A DNA stretch of 64,000 nt from Acanthaster planci (Eukaryota): contig NW_019091357.1 of the NCBI RefSeq assembly GCF_001949145.1, positions 2,952,859 to 3,016,858 on the forward strand. Direction: 5' to 3'. Positions 50,211-64,000 of the stretch are shown piece after piece. Below the pieces are notes generated by a model, which was given only the letters and a program-made list of their open reading frames with translations, made no database searches and was not told the DNA's origin. The position numbers and the translations under genes are program-made. The stretch's first letter is position 1. The number at the start of each line of letters is the position of its first letter.

Positions 50211-53200
50211 GGGTCATTCCATGTCAGACTAACACACCTTTTGACCTTAGGTCTTCAGCTTTTTATAACAATTGCTGTGATTGTAGACACCAATGAAAGG
50301 CAAATACATGCCACCTTTCCATGTGGTCAGGGCAGATGTCCAAAAATGGACAGTTTTAACTTAAAAATTTGCCTTTTTAGTAAAAATGAAAAATAACTTT
50401 CAAAGTTTTCATCGAATATTTACAAGTTTGGTATTAAATAATTGGAAATACATGCTCTTTTCACTGATAGTGTGAAAAGTTGGTTTTATGAATCAAGGGT
50501 CATGATGACCTTTGACACATACCTGTGATCTTTGACCCATCTTTTAAAAAAGTATCATTAACTTTTTTCTTCAAGTAAAATGTTTTTGAAAGTTTGGTTC
50601 CTTCTCTAGTTGTATCCACTTAAATCTTTCTGGGCACTTTAAAACAAAAACGTTATGGCCATTTTTCTATAGTTATGTAAATCAACAAAGTATGAATTTT
50701 GTATAAGTCCCAACCGTAGAAGTTCTGCCAAACCAATTTATGCTCCTAAAATGAAATAACTGAAGTTATAAGTAACAGCAGATGGTCTGTTCTTACAAAA
50801 CCACTTTAAACTACACAATGTCGCAATCAAAATCTCTTTTTTACTTTTATTCCTTTTACTAAATTTCTTTGATGATTCTCACACACTTAGTGCTAATTTC
50901 TGATGAAATTCACTGGAACGTGTGATCGCAGAAATGGATGTGGCGATAATGCGTACACCTGTCTGGTGCCCTTGACAGTCACTGCTGATTAGAATCTGTT
51001 CTCCTGGAATTCTTCACACTGTTCCACTTCGGTTGTGTCCACGTAATTGAAATGTATTCCTGAAATATTGACCTTTGCCCACACATAGAGCTTATGTGCA
51101 TTTAAGATTTGATCTTTGTAGGGCCTCTGTAGACTGGCTTTTGAAGCCAAGCGCTTTACAGTTCCACCCAATCCATCACAAGGTCCTTTGCCATGAGACG
51201 TGGCAAAGCACTCAGCATCAGATGAAAATCATTTGATGCAGAGGATCTCTCAGAGAAGTAGTACACTTTGTGGACTGGTGCTTTCATTGTGTCTTCAAGG
51301 TAATTATGCAGCCTTCACTGGAAACAGTAGACTGTGTTGGTATCATGAGTGAAGTGATTTGAAATTATAACAAAGTTGAAATGGGAAAGCTGGCTGTCTC
51401 TTATGTACAATGTAGATTACAAATGGATGGAGTGTTGCTTGTTCATTTGTCCAGTGAAAGCCCTGTGATGAATCTTGAACAAATGATGCATAATTTTCTG
51501 GAAAATCGCTGAGAACAATAATCTCACTACGTTGCAACTCTGACTTCAGATGACCTAGGAATTTTTCCTGCTGATCCGCTATGAACTCATGTCACTTCAA
51601 CCGAAACAGCTTCTCTAAAAACCCATCACAGAATTCATGAACTCCAGCCGTCATGGTTTCCAATGTTGACCTGTCTGTTGATATCCACTGCTTGTAGCAT
51701 ATTTCATCAATAGACTCATTTTTTGTTTCTTCAATGATATGCTGCTTCAGGTCATCAACCTGAGGACATGAGGCAGTCTCCTAGGAAGCAGTCTGTAGAG
51801 CCAGGATTACAAGTAATTTCAGCGAGTAGGTTTTTGTAGGATATTCGAAAGTGGGAGATAACTATCAAGCAGGAACATTCATGGTGACAAACTTGACAGC
51901 TCCAGCCATGTGTTGACTCTTTGGATAAGTACACCGGAGTCCTGTTTCAATAGAACTAGGCCTAATTGGCTCTCTTTTGCCAGGAAGATGAACACGATTC
52001 TATTCCACATGAAATCATTACAACATTATTTTGCGAATACTCTCCAGCTTTTCGGTACGAGTGTGAGAATCTGAAATTTCTCGCTGTCGGTAGCTGTAGC
52101 AAATCTTATTTCAACTGTTCCAACATTTCCTCTGAGGCTGTCGGCTGTGGTACCTGTTCTATACCAAGCTCTGACTGCAGATGGCTTCCAATGGCTTTCA
52201 GCCTGCTCTGTTGGTACTTCTTCTGCCCAAGTTTTTTGCGTGTGATTGGAGTTACACCAGTGGTCTCAAGAGCTTGATTTGTGATGGATAGGCTTGACTA
52301 GTTGATGGTTCATCAATAGCTGATGGATCAGAACTTGAAGATGTTTGAGGTTCAGAAGCGGCTTGTGGTACGGGCAAGCTTAGCACTGACAAACGACAAT
52401 TGCGACAGAGCATCTTTGCTGATATAAGACCAAGAGGTTGATATGTTTGGGACTGCTTCAATTGCTCTTAACTCTTTGGAATGTACTTTGCCCGCATGTA
52501 CTTGGAGGGGATCACAACACCTCCGCTGATTAGCAGAATAAAACTTTGCAAGTCGTTGGTAATGTAAATTGCAGATGCTGCTTAATGTTTCAAAACCTGA
52601 TCTGAGACGTAAACACTGTAATTCATCATCACTTGGGTTGTAATGTTCGGTTTCATCAGAACACACCTCATTGAGGTATTTTCAAACTGACCACTGGACC
52701 ATTGTTTTATCCTACAGTACCATACGTCCAAACAAAGGATAAATCTTGGATATCCACCAAAAATCCTCTAGTTGCCCACCTGAAATCCACAAGAGTTTAC
52801 TGCTTTACTCATGAAGGTTTCTGCACAACACCAAATCCTTTCACACTGCTCAATATGTCACTTAGAAAGACTCACACTGTTGACTTACTGTATTCCAACG
52901 TGATTGTGCAATGTTCAAGGACAAGTAGTTTGGTAAGTAGTTTGGCGCTTTATAATACTTTGTCCAGTCAACACAAAGAAACAATTCCTCACTGAGTTCC
53001 CAAAATATTAGCCTCAGTTTGTTCCTAATACAGGCTCCCCGAATGAAATGAAGCCTTGTGTGAGATTGCTCTTTATCAAACCTCTAGCAGCTTCATTGGT
53101 TTCATTTCAAGGTACAGAATGGTACAAACTCTTCTGTTTGGGCTACATACAAAATTTACATTTTCTAAGCTGACAGGCTACAGAAAAATGGCCATAACTT

Positions 53201-53659
53201 TTTTGTTTTTTTAGTGCCCAGAAATATTTAAGTGGATACAACTAGAGAAGGAACCAAACTTTCAAAAACATTTTGTTAAAAAAAAAAATTAATGGCACTT
53301 TTTTTAAAAGATGGGTCAAAGGTCACAGGTATGTGTCAAAGGTCATCATGACCCTTGATTCATAAAACCAAATTTTCACATTATCAGTGAAAAGAGCATG
53401 TATTTCCGATTATTTTGATACCAACCTGGTAAATATTCGATGAAAATTTTGAAAGTTAAGTTTCATTTTTACTAAAAAGGCAGATTTTTAAGTTAAAACT
53501 GTCCATTTTTTGGACATCTGCCCTGACCACATGGAAGGGTGGATTCCTCTAAAAATTGGCATGTATTTATTTTTCATTGGTGTCTACAATCACAGCAATT
53601 GTTATAAAAATCTGAAGACCTAAGGTCAAAAGGTGTGTTGGTCTGACATGAAATGACCC
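50211..53659 (-). mobile_element. Sola2-type DNA transposon with ~460-480-bp TIRs and a pseudogenised transposase
   Basis: GGG...CCC termini; TIRs 50211-~50672 and ~53178-53659. Fragments CCDPLQVH..KELRAI, LCRNCR, DFPENYASFVQDSSQGFHWTNEQATLHPFVIY and FATSHGKGPCDGLGGTVKRLASKASLQRP match Sola2 motifs as I recall them. Confidence 0.82.
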
Positions 53660-56600
53660 AGAACTGGGAAATCTGGGTATGGATGGGATTCATGGCCGGT
53701 TCTTAAAATCTGGTGCTGATGTCCTTGCTAAACCGCTTGCTTTTATTTTCCAATGAAGTTTGAGGACCGCAGCTGGCCACAAGGTGTGTTGGTCTGACAT
53801 GGAATGACCCAGAAGGTAATTTACGGAGGAGCTCTAATACTTCACCAGGAGTAACTGGGTACAATTTCAAATTTGGTTCATTGATCAAATTGTTATCATT
53901 CCAAACCAAGTCAGTTTCGGGCATGGCATCAAACTGATTATCATGATTTGACCCACACTGCCAAAGTGTTTATTATTTGCAACATCACAATTGATCATCT
54001 CTGATATGCCCAAAGTTACAAACTTTTTTTACTCGGAATCAGATTTTTAAGGGTGGTCCAAATTTCTTTGGTATATCCTTTATTATCAAACAAATTTTAT
54101 TGATATGTTGTCGTTTCAGTTTCACACCCAGATTATTCAGTTTATTTCGAAGAACCTTTGCCGTCCCAGTTAACTAGTAATAATGTTTGTAATTCTTGTG
54201 TTGTCACAAGTGTCTATGGATCCTCCGCTCGACAAGCAATGCTACTTGGGGTTCTGTTTATATTACATAGAAGATAAGTGAAGTGTTCCATGAAGCTCAT
54301 CATTTCTAACAATACTGGCAAGATGTTTGGCTCTCATAGATTTACGTTCAAGATCTAAGTATTCATCATTGATCCATTCAGCATTTATAGTACAGACTCT
54401 CAGACTTCTGACTGGGCTATAAATATCACAAACACTCATTAGCAACGTCCTTAAAAATGTTCCATGCTGTAGTGGGATTAGAGGAAAATCCCAGCCTGTC
54501 CCATGGTTGATGTTTAGGATAATAGTTAAAGGAATCATCATTAAAATGTCGGAATGAACGAGCCCGAATATATTTATGACCTCTGGGGATTTTAACAGAT
54601 TTTCTGACAGTAAAAAAGGGTACTGATAAATAAAGTTGGCTCACTGACTGCCACATATTTCATCGACAGTTGAACAACAAAAACTGAAAACTGGACTCAG
54701 TTAAAATTTAAATGAAAAAAATGGCAACTTTTGATGCATCTTTAGACTATGATGTCATTGTTCTCATGAAATTGGAAACAGGCATTGGCATTTACGACAT
54801 CTGAAAAAAAAAGATCTTTAAATAAAATGAAACGAGAGGATGGTCCGAGGATATCTATCAACATGAACTTGCAGGAGGCATATGGTTGGAGATTACTTGA
54901 TAGCGTTAGAACTACTATTTATAGAATGTTTTGGCGACATGATCAGTGATGTTGCCTTTTCAACAACTATGTCACACATGAGGGAAACGTAAGAGAACAA
55001 TGGGGTTATTTTGACACGGGATCCTTAGCGAGTTTTGTTCCACATAATGAACGCCAGTCAGCCTTTACACCAACCTTTTGAAAACGTTGCCCACGTCCAA
55101 ATCTAGCTGAAAGGTAAATTGCATGAAAGGGACCCAACGACCCGTCCCTTCAAACGTGCTTGGAATTGACAGTAGCACGTACGATAATCAACTGCACGAG
55201 TAAAATGTGGTGGAAGCCTGCCGTGGAGGACTTGTTCGTTTTGACAACGTTTCGATGGCGGGAGAGATAAACGAGCCTCGAAAAAAAAAAACTTTGAATT
55301 TCTAATAAACTTACGAATGGATGCATCTGTTCTGTGCTGCATAATGCACACTCGTACCCGTCACATGGGCTCTTGGTCAATGCAACGCAGGGTAAAATTT
55401 ACTGTATGCAAATTTTAGAACAAGAGAAGTATAATTTATGTGCGCCAAAAGCTTCCTTCTGAGCATTGTAGCTGCCCAATGGCAACCATATTGCTTCAAC
55501 GGGACAAGGTACTAAATTTGCATATTAATGCTGAAAAGTTCCCATAAAATTTAATTGCCGCGCACAGTGCGGCTATAGGACAGCAAGATACATATACGGG
55601 TTGGTTGTTTGCTGAGCGATAGCACAAAATGCGTTTTTCTTTTCAGAGCATTATGTTTGTCCAATTGTTGCTGGTAGTACTTCGTTTTTGATGCCTCCAT
55701 TTTTTTTATGAAAGACGCTTTCTCACTTTCTCTCGCATTCTCAGTAGCACGACTTTGAGAGTAGGTTGCTTCCACCCCGGGCAAGCCAAGTTTTCTTCTG
55801 GGTAATTACCGGATCATCGGAACGCTTCACATTTCACCTCAGAACTTAGTCGAATTCGATCTCCCACACGCCAGATATATATATAGATATATTTCAGGTA
55901 AGCCGTGTACATCGATTCGGTTAATTGTATGCAGATATTTTCACAAAAACGCATGTAGGGATTTAACCCTGTAAACCTGTGAAAAAAAACGGCTGGTATT
56001 TGGTGAATTTGACGGGTTGGTTTATTGCTGTGAAAGATACCAAAAAAAGGGCGTCAGGCACTGTTATACTGGCATACCAGCCAATTCTACAACTATAAAC
56101 GACCAAACAGTGTCAAACAACCCATATTGGTAATACAACATACGTAATCATAAAAAAATATGATAATCACAGAATACAGTTCTCGTCTTGGGCAGAAATT
56201 GTGTGTATAGGTAGTCCGCATTTTTCGAGCCGGGTGAGTATCTATCTGGGTACCGTGCCGGTTGCGTTAGACCCTAGGTGTCTTGTTCGAAGTACCCCGC
56301 GAGTGTTCCCGCTTGTGCTCGCTCCTTGCTGTTGAGTCGAGTTGCCTTGTGGTTCACATCCAGTAATCAGCCGCATTACTTATATAAACGTCGTCATCGC
56401 GTACGGAATCAGGACTCTATACTGGCGTAACGCTCACTTTTAAAGGAATAAGATTCTCGTGGTGTCGAGGGCTGGGGAAACCAGAGTTAGGTAAGTTGGA
56501 ATTGTCAGACAATACAGAGGAAATGAGTGCATTAATCTGGTCCATTTGTATTTGCAGAAGTCATGGATATTCATATTCAACTTAATAAATGTAAATGCTA

Positions 56601-59600
56601 AAAACAACGCCACAACGAATGATGACATATGGTCTCGGGCATTTTCATAGCCGTCTCAACATTATTTGATTTGAGAGTCGTATATTTTGCAAACTGCCAA
56701 TTACAAATATCGCACCACTGTAGGCCGTAACCGTCCAAAAGATGTACCGACTTATGACAAAATCCCGCGCTCAAACGTTCGACGGAGATCGGCGGTGTTC
56801 GTCGTTGCGGTGGCCCGGAGTGGCCCGGCCGTCTCATCTGGCGGATGAAGGGTCGGAGTTCTCGATGGCAAAGGGCAAATTTCGAATATGCGGATGAAAA
56901 ATCTCATGCATTATTCGGATCTGCATGCCAACGTGGGTACGGAATTGCTCTATCGTGACAATGTGACAATATTTGCCATTTTGCCCGGCAGTATGCTGTA
57001 TAATGACAGGCAGCGTTTTATCGATGTGCTTTCTTTATGTTAAATCAATGGGTTACCCTCAACACAAAACACCCTTTGTTAAAATCTAAGAATTTGGGTT
57101 ACTGACGACCGCTGTTATCCGCAGGTTGCTTTTCTATCGATTTGTTTTACCGTTGGCAGCAAAAATAACAACCTAAAACCTTAAAAGAATACCGCCATCC
57201 AGACTCTGCTCTCGTTACAAGTCTGACCAAGTAAACCGAAAGCAAAGTTACCGAGTGAGCAGACCTTTCCAAAATGGACTTCACTTTTTTTTCTTGGGGG
57301 GGGGGTGATTCGTCACATAGTGTAACCATCATCCAGAAAACGTGTATGCATCATTTTTACTGGATTTTGACAAACGACATTGCCATTACTGTCAGGGTCA
57401 TATTCTATTAAAGCATACAACTGTTCTAATCCGCTCAATCAAATCGAATATGCATCAAAAAAGTCCACAATGTTTTGTTTAAATATAGCCAAAGGAGTTC
57501 ACGCTGTGTGTACGCGGTGCGCACGAAAGAATTAAACACATCAATTTCGTTGTGAATTAAACTTCACTTTCCGACATAAAGGGAGAGAGAAAGCCCCCGT
57601 CGGTTCTGAGCCATCTGCATAATTCCCGTCTGGGAGGCATGGCCTCAGGGGATGTCTCGAAGCTCTCCCGCTGTCCAAACTGTGTCAATTCGTAGCGACA
57701 TAGGCGAAACGGGCCCCCTCACCTCGGTCACACGTGTTCAACGAGGAGTCTAGACGCTCAGCGTGCATGAGGGGCCTGCCTTGCTGTGCCTGCTATTCTC
57801 GGCGGGCAATGTTTAGGGGGACGGGGCGGGTTGGGCCACGGTGAGCTTGGGTTTCGGTGCTATCAACGGTACATTCGTTCACCCGTCAACTCCATCAGGC
57901 GAGGGGGGAGGGACAGGGATCGAACAGTGTGCAGGGGTCTGACACAAACCTGCGAGACTACGCCAGGCTGAAAATATGATGATTGGCGAGCAACTATAGA
58001 ACAACGCTAATAGGCTCTGAGGAGCAATGACAGGCCTCCAGGCCTCGCGTTGGTAGCAACCTGTCCAGTTCAAATGTGTATTCACAACCGATGGGTTTTA
58101 AAAGTGACGGGAACCCCCCCCCCACATACACACCCCCCACACACCATACAAACTCAGAAATCACCCGTTTGATCGAAGAGCTAGCTGTGGGTTACAGTCA
58201 TCATCGAGAGGAAGTACCCGCCTCTCGCTCAACTTGATTTTCCCCCAATCGATCCTCCGTCCAATATATCACCCCAGTGCTTCAAATCGCTTTGCAATAA
58301 TATCCCGATTATTATTGTTGTTTTTTTCCGGCTCGTGCGATTATAAATTGAAGACGTGCATAATATAACTCTGCAATTTTTCCTCCCTGGAAGAAAGAGC
58401 CGATTTTATTCATTTTATCGTACACCGAATTCCCGGGTAAAGTTGCCGGACAGACACGATGTCGAAAACCGTAATTTGAGATAGTTCTAGGGATGAAGTC
58501 TACCGTAAACCACATTTCGATAACTTTCTCTTTGTCTGCATGCGAGGGGAAATCTGCCAGTGGTGCCCAAAAAACTTCACAGGGCAGCACGATGAATACT
58601 GAGCAAGCATTAATTCGGTCGCTGCATAGCTTTGTCACGCGGTTGATCTTGCCCCCCGCGTGCTAGCGCAGCCAGTGAACAGTTTTTTTTTTTTGAACAA
58701 GCTTTTTCAAGCGAGAGGCGCACTGGGTATACAATAGCAATCCATCATAACACTTAGCTGCTTCTGTGGTTTTTTTTCTCTCCCTTGCAAAATCCATGGA
58801 AGAACCTGAAAAACCGCCCAACCTGTTTACGCCAAGTCGTGTCAACTTGCGGCACGCAGCCTGGGCGTATATGGGCTAACACTCTAAACATATCATTAAT
58901 GTTAGCTAAGCACTAGCCTGCCAGGGTGTGTATAATTTTATCGCCACCTGCTCTGAACAGAAAAGTGGCAAATTTACCCAACAACATAATTGAGAAAGAT
59001 TCCACCATTGAGCTGAGCTCCAAATAGGGATTCGCAATTATTGCGGGCATAGAATTTTCGTTTTGAGCTGCATCGATCATCTCGTCTAGGTTTTCAATTT
59101 TGTCGTGCAGCCCCGCCTTGCGCGCCAAAAAGCGGCCGCTTTTTGGCTTTACTCCTGGTCCCAGACCGGACCGCCAGGGCCCACGGTGTGAAACGTGGGT
59201 CCAACGCACAAAGGAATCGCCAGCAGCCCGCTCCCGGTCCCCTGCTCTGTCGCTCCCACGGTAAACGGCTCCCTTCTTCTCTCTCTCGATACACGGGCTG
59301 CGGACTACAAATAGGCACAGACCTTGTTGGAATCAATTCAATTTCTACGCCGTTACGATTAACACGGGGAAGGGCATCCGCCTCGACCGGACGGGTTAAT
59401 CACCGTCCACCCAGAGCATCCCGGATCACCACCATCTCTTGAATTGCTGGGTACTCGAAACTGAATTTTCAAATACGATACGGAATAATAGATAGGAGAA
59501 AAGTCCACATTCAATTGTGTAGGCCTATGTGTAAATTGGAAATATGTGCCAATTAGTCAAGGCAATTACCCACCCCCTTTAAAACAAACTTAAGCCAGTT

Positions 59601-62600
59601 TATGTTTCCATTTCGTAGAAGGAATACCTAATTCAATTCCGTGACCCACTTGATGCGATGGTGCATCCCAGCCGCATCCTGCTCAGTGGGGATATTTTAA
59701 TCAGAGACGTTGTTCGGGGCCCAAGGCCGCCCGTCATCCACGAATTCCAATTGTGGACATAATCCCACGCGAGGACACAGAGCGTGAAGTTTCACGACAC
59801 AAGTGGGTTTCCCCGAGTCGAACTGATCTTGCTTCGAATTGTGAGCTCTGTCTTCGAAGAGATCGGTAAAAGAATCTGCTAGCCAATGTTGGCGTGACAC
59901 ACGTGTTAATCTCCGATTATCGGTTACAAGACCTCATTCCCGCGTCCGCCCCATACCGCAAACTGTTATACAGATTCCGCACGTCGTAAAGCTAAACACA
60001 CGGTGAACTCTGTAAGATACCTGATTGAAATATCGAAGGAGTCCTTGCTAGGCTTCCAAGTCGTTTCAGTGCTGTGCTTTCTATCTGTTTTAAAGATTGA
60101 TCGACCCCGGTCGATGATTCTCGCTCCTTCACAGTTTGAATTGGGAACTCTTCAAAATACGCTGTAGTTTCTTACTGCGACTGTATACAAATCGATTATG
60201 TAGACGTCTCAACGGCTGTGTGTTCGTTGACTGACATGACTGTTTGCTCAAAACAGAAAAGTAAAGAAATAAATAAATAAAAATAAAGGGTCATGCGCAT
60301 ATTTGCTAAACTGAAATCGACCTACGTTGTGTATTGACAATCACACAACCTCCGAGAGTCAAATGTACTGTACAGATTAAATTTGTCCGAACACTAGCCC
60401 CGAACTTACATTAAAAATGTCACGAAAAGAAAAACCCGCACTACAACATTTCCTTTGTACGCATTCTAGAGGTCGGTATTTTTGAACAGTAGTCCGCAAA
60501 AGGTGGAAAAACGATACAAGAAGACTACAAGATCACAAATGCTCACTATTTTGTGCCATTTGTGCAAAGCTACACCGGCCACTACGATCAACCACTGCAG
60601 CTGCAATTGGCGAATGTAAAAATAACACAAAATAGCCCCCCAAAACCTCAACAATTGAAGTCGTTTGGGAAATCACTTTGATACTTGAATGGAGGCGAGA
60701 CAACGGCGGTCTAGTTGCGGGTACGCGGGGCAGACCCAAGGGGTGCAGGTTACCGGGCACGGTTAACCTGAAGGGAGGGCTGTCGGTAGATATTTGGAAG
60801 TAGACAATGTCACTAAGGGTATAGTGATTAATCCGCTACGCGCGTGGTTCGGATGGATCCGTACTATCGACTAGTAATCTCCACTACATTGGTGCACATT
60901 GTATAATCGGCTTTTTCTGACTCATAGACCGGTATACTTCAGAAAAAAAACACCGCACGCCATGGAGATTCGTTCATGGCATACGAAAGTAAAAAAAAAT
61001 AAAACCCTACAAACAAACAACAAACAAACAAAGCAGAGAATATTTTTAAAGGCACCCAGCAGAATTGAAAATTAGGCAAGGCATCACGCCTCCAATTTCA
61101 CAACGTGCTAAGCTTTACCCACATCCTTGCTGCGATATCATTCTTACATTGACACGAAGTAGAAAAAAGGGCAGACTGCCGTCAAATGCTGGTAGTATAT
61201 TTCTGGATCCGTGCAATAACGTATGCAAATTGGTACAATCATACGGTTCATATTGTGTGTCCGGTTTTAAGCAACGTTTCGAGCGACGTTGGGATATAAA
61301 AACTAACGCCGTCATAATGACTTGGGACAAAGAACGCAACCTGAAGTCAACGCAGTACATGTATTTTATGAATACAAAAAAAGTGAAACACGTCAGACTT
61401 CGAGCAAATGGGGAACAGTCTCTTCCATTTGATCCAATCTGGAGCTACCGGTATGAGGCTGTGAAAGTCATACTCTTCATGGTCTTCAAATAAAAATCGC
61501 GTTTATTGAAAAGAACAGATGCCGGCTGTTTTAGGGCTCGGAAAGGCAATTAATTTCCACGACACTTCGGCACAAAATAGTTTCACTGAGACTTTAGTCC
61601 GATAATTGAAATCAGGTTTCGTTGTTAATTCAGCTCGTAACAGTTTATTCTTCTGTCAGTTGTTAATTGAATTTTTCAAGTGTAATTTTATTGAGATGAT
61701 CTATCGATAGAGGGACTAGGCTTTCCTGCCAGAAATTATTGTTAGGCTCAAATCCATATATTGTTATGTCTCGTTACAACTTTTGTCATGGAATAAGCCC
61801 CGATCTGTTTTCGGTTATGAAGTTATATGACGGAGTAAATTAATGTCACGGGCGTTGAAGAAAAAACTCACAACGAGAATAATGCTACAAGAACCAATAC
61901 TCGAATCTCATGACATTTTGCGCCTTTATTTGGAGCTTTAGAGATTACTCTGAGACCGATACTTGAGATCTTTTGCCTCCTGTATATTTGTGTTAGTACA
62001 GACCGCTTCACTCAAGCGAGCAGTTGACAGCAGTTTGTAATGGATATTACAATTCCAATTATTAGTTTAGCCGTCGTTTAGTTTAGTTCTATTCATTTAA
62101 TTACCTCGGGAAGCAGGGCGAAAAACACGATTCAGCTTTCTGCACGCACCCACCTACCACCGTGTAAATTTATTGTTACCGATATATGTTGCACTGCTTG
62201 TAATTATCGCCAGGAGGATGTTTGAAAATAAATCAACTTTCAACCCCGATTAATTTTGGACGCCAGTGCCATGAAACGTACGCGTACACAGTTCAGTGCG
62301 TCGAGCTTTCACGGCCGTTCGACCAATGCTCTTTTCTGTGGGGACGACTTTTCGAAGGGCGGCCACTCTTTCGGAAGAACAGCTCCCCCGAGACAAAGAG
62401 AGTATTCATAGCAATGTCAACGGATCAATCCACAATCAAACCAGAACAAAAATGGAGTAGGGTCATCTTGGAACCTTGTTACGGGTCACTTTGTAATCTT
62501 GAGTTGGGGCTTGTATTGTCTGAAAGTCCCACTCACTTTTTCCACTCGAGTCGGGCGTGGCGAGAAGTTACTAAAGAGGTTATGCGTCAACGCGTACGGT

Positions 62601-64000
62601 ACTTTGAGGGCAAAAGTTTTTGTGTCACTGGGACAGGCTCGAGTAAACCTTCTGTGCATTCGTTGTAACTAAATTCAAATAACAAAGAACAACCTCTGTG
62701 AGAGCATAACCTCTATAACCTGCGGGGTTCTACTCTCGACGAGGACTCCGTAAAGGCAGCAAAAGCGGAGCATCCAGAAACAATCATTAGACTGACGTCC
62801 ACTGGAAATTTCGCGCATAATGGAGCCAAGCTCATTATCTTGTCAAAGCGACGAGGGAGGAACTCCAAGAAAAGTTGCGGGCAGGTATAATGGACGGCAG
62901 CTTTAGGCCAACACTGTTGTTAGAGCGTGTTGTTTGGAGAAATTTGTGAAAGGGCAGTTTGATGCTCGTTAACTCCAACCGGGTTTTTTTTTGTCTGTCT
63001 GTCCGTCGTGAGTGATCACCAGATTGGGCGGGGGGGGGATTAATGACATTGGAGGGAGTTTTGAGAATGATGATGATGAGAAAATATGATCTGCAATGTT
63101 TCGCTGCATGAAAACCTTTGGAGGTTGTTTGAATAGGAATCGACTCAAACTCAGTCCAATCGAAAAAATGTTACCGGACCATGCAGCCTGGTGGTTTGGG
63201 AGTGTAACTCGCAATCGCAGGGTCTGGGGTCCAAACCCCTCAGCTGGTTATATACAGTCATTTGCAAAACTTTAAGACCAACGGTACAAATGCATTAACC
63301 TAAAAAAAAATTAAAAACTTAAACCAATTAATCTTAGCAACTTATGTTCATTTTCAATGTATAACCGCATTGAAGATAAAATGTCATACAAGACCTGCCT
63401 TTGAAAAAAAATGATTCAACTGGGCTTATGCATGCAGCACGACTCTGGTGTTATCACCACCATAAACAACATGTTATATGATTCAATGCAGGTCCGGTGA
63501 CAGAAATACCAACAAAATTCCACGTGGTCTTAAACTTTTGCAAATGGCTGTATATTGTGACTTTGGGTAAGTCAATGACTGTTGGGGCATGCGTTTTGAC
63601 GTTTGCACTTAAAAGGGCGGGATTCAAATTGTATACACCCCAAGGGAGCCGAACTGGCCATCATAGGAATGTTTGTGGGCCCCACGAGTGGAGACAAATA
63701 CGGATGCACATGTGCAGCAAGAGGAGTTTGTTGGTATTGCGCCAAATAGATACGGCAAGTTTGCTGCCGAGCGGACTCTCAAAGTGTCACAGGAATGTAA
63801 AATACTAATCGTTCGCTCGCTGGGTGCGTGTGGATGTTGACAGGTTAAATCACAAAACACATCTTTGTTCGGGAGAAACCCACAGAATAAGGGGATTTCA
63901 CAAAACCATTTGTCGGTTCGCGTGGCCGGCTCACGTGGCTCATTTTAGCCCCGGGCACCTGTCAATGAACGGCGCGTGGCCGGGACTGACCAGGGATTCA

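Larger units (their letters stand above)
48290..54660 (-). mobile_element. Old L2/CR1-group LINE ORF2 remnant in three pieces (54660-53811, 50210-49870, 48866-48290), split by two insertions
   Basis: Colinear fragments: YIRARSFRHFNDDSF..PW; VTPGEVLELLRKLP; GMDGIH..LKSGA..KPLAFIF; AKVTLVHKG..DPHQYRSLSALSIVVKLFERIVYNQ; KA(S)DTINH; VGVPQ..GPLLF; WLNDNRLKLN; YIDSKMKWADHIDHV. Confidence 0.85.

Noticed and set aside
63180..63250. Possible tRNA
   Set aside because: Only a degenerate A/B-box-like trace with no full cloverleaf; at most an old SINE head.

Overview
Eukaryotic (metazoan) genomic scaffold with three N-gaps. The very frequent TAGGCCTA/TACATGTA words and the repeat types suggest an echinoderm, probably a sea star (inference only). 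The only clearly intact host gene is the 5' end of an AGPAT5-like lysophosphatidic acid acyltransferase on the minus strand (two coding exons, 1195-1410 and 429-620, continuing off the left edge). From 2.7 to 15 kb is a stack of decayed mobile elements: an RTE LINE, an intron-containing hAT transposon, a tRNA/CORE-type SINE, a Penelope-like GIY-YIG remnant with hammerhead-ribozyme-like relics, and a Tc1 fragment. From 15.6 to 22.4 kb is a probable spliced but non-coding or decayed minus-strand locus. Its 5' ~1 kb has a diverged, inverted paralog directly upstream of AGPAT5 (about 1.6-2.45 kb). From ~22.4 kb to the end I recognise no host exons: it is a CpG-rich, gene-desert-like region with many MITEs, an internally deleted Tc1/mariner element and an old L2/CR1-type LINE split by a ~1 kb foldback element and a Sola2 transposon. 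That transposon has an unusual third terminal copy and an inverted duplication of its flank. All calls are by eye with no database search. I found no convincing novel multi-gene system.
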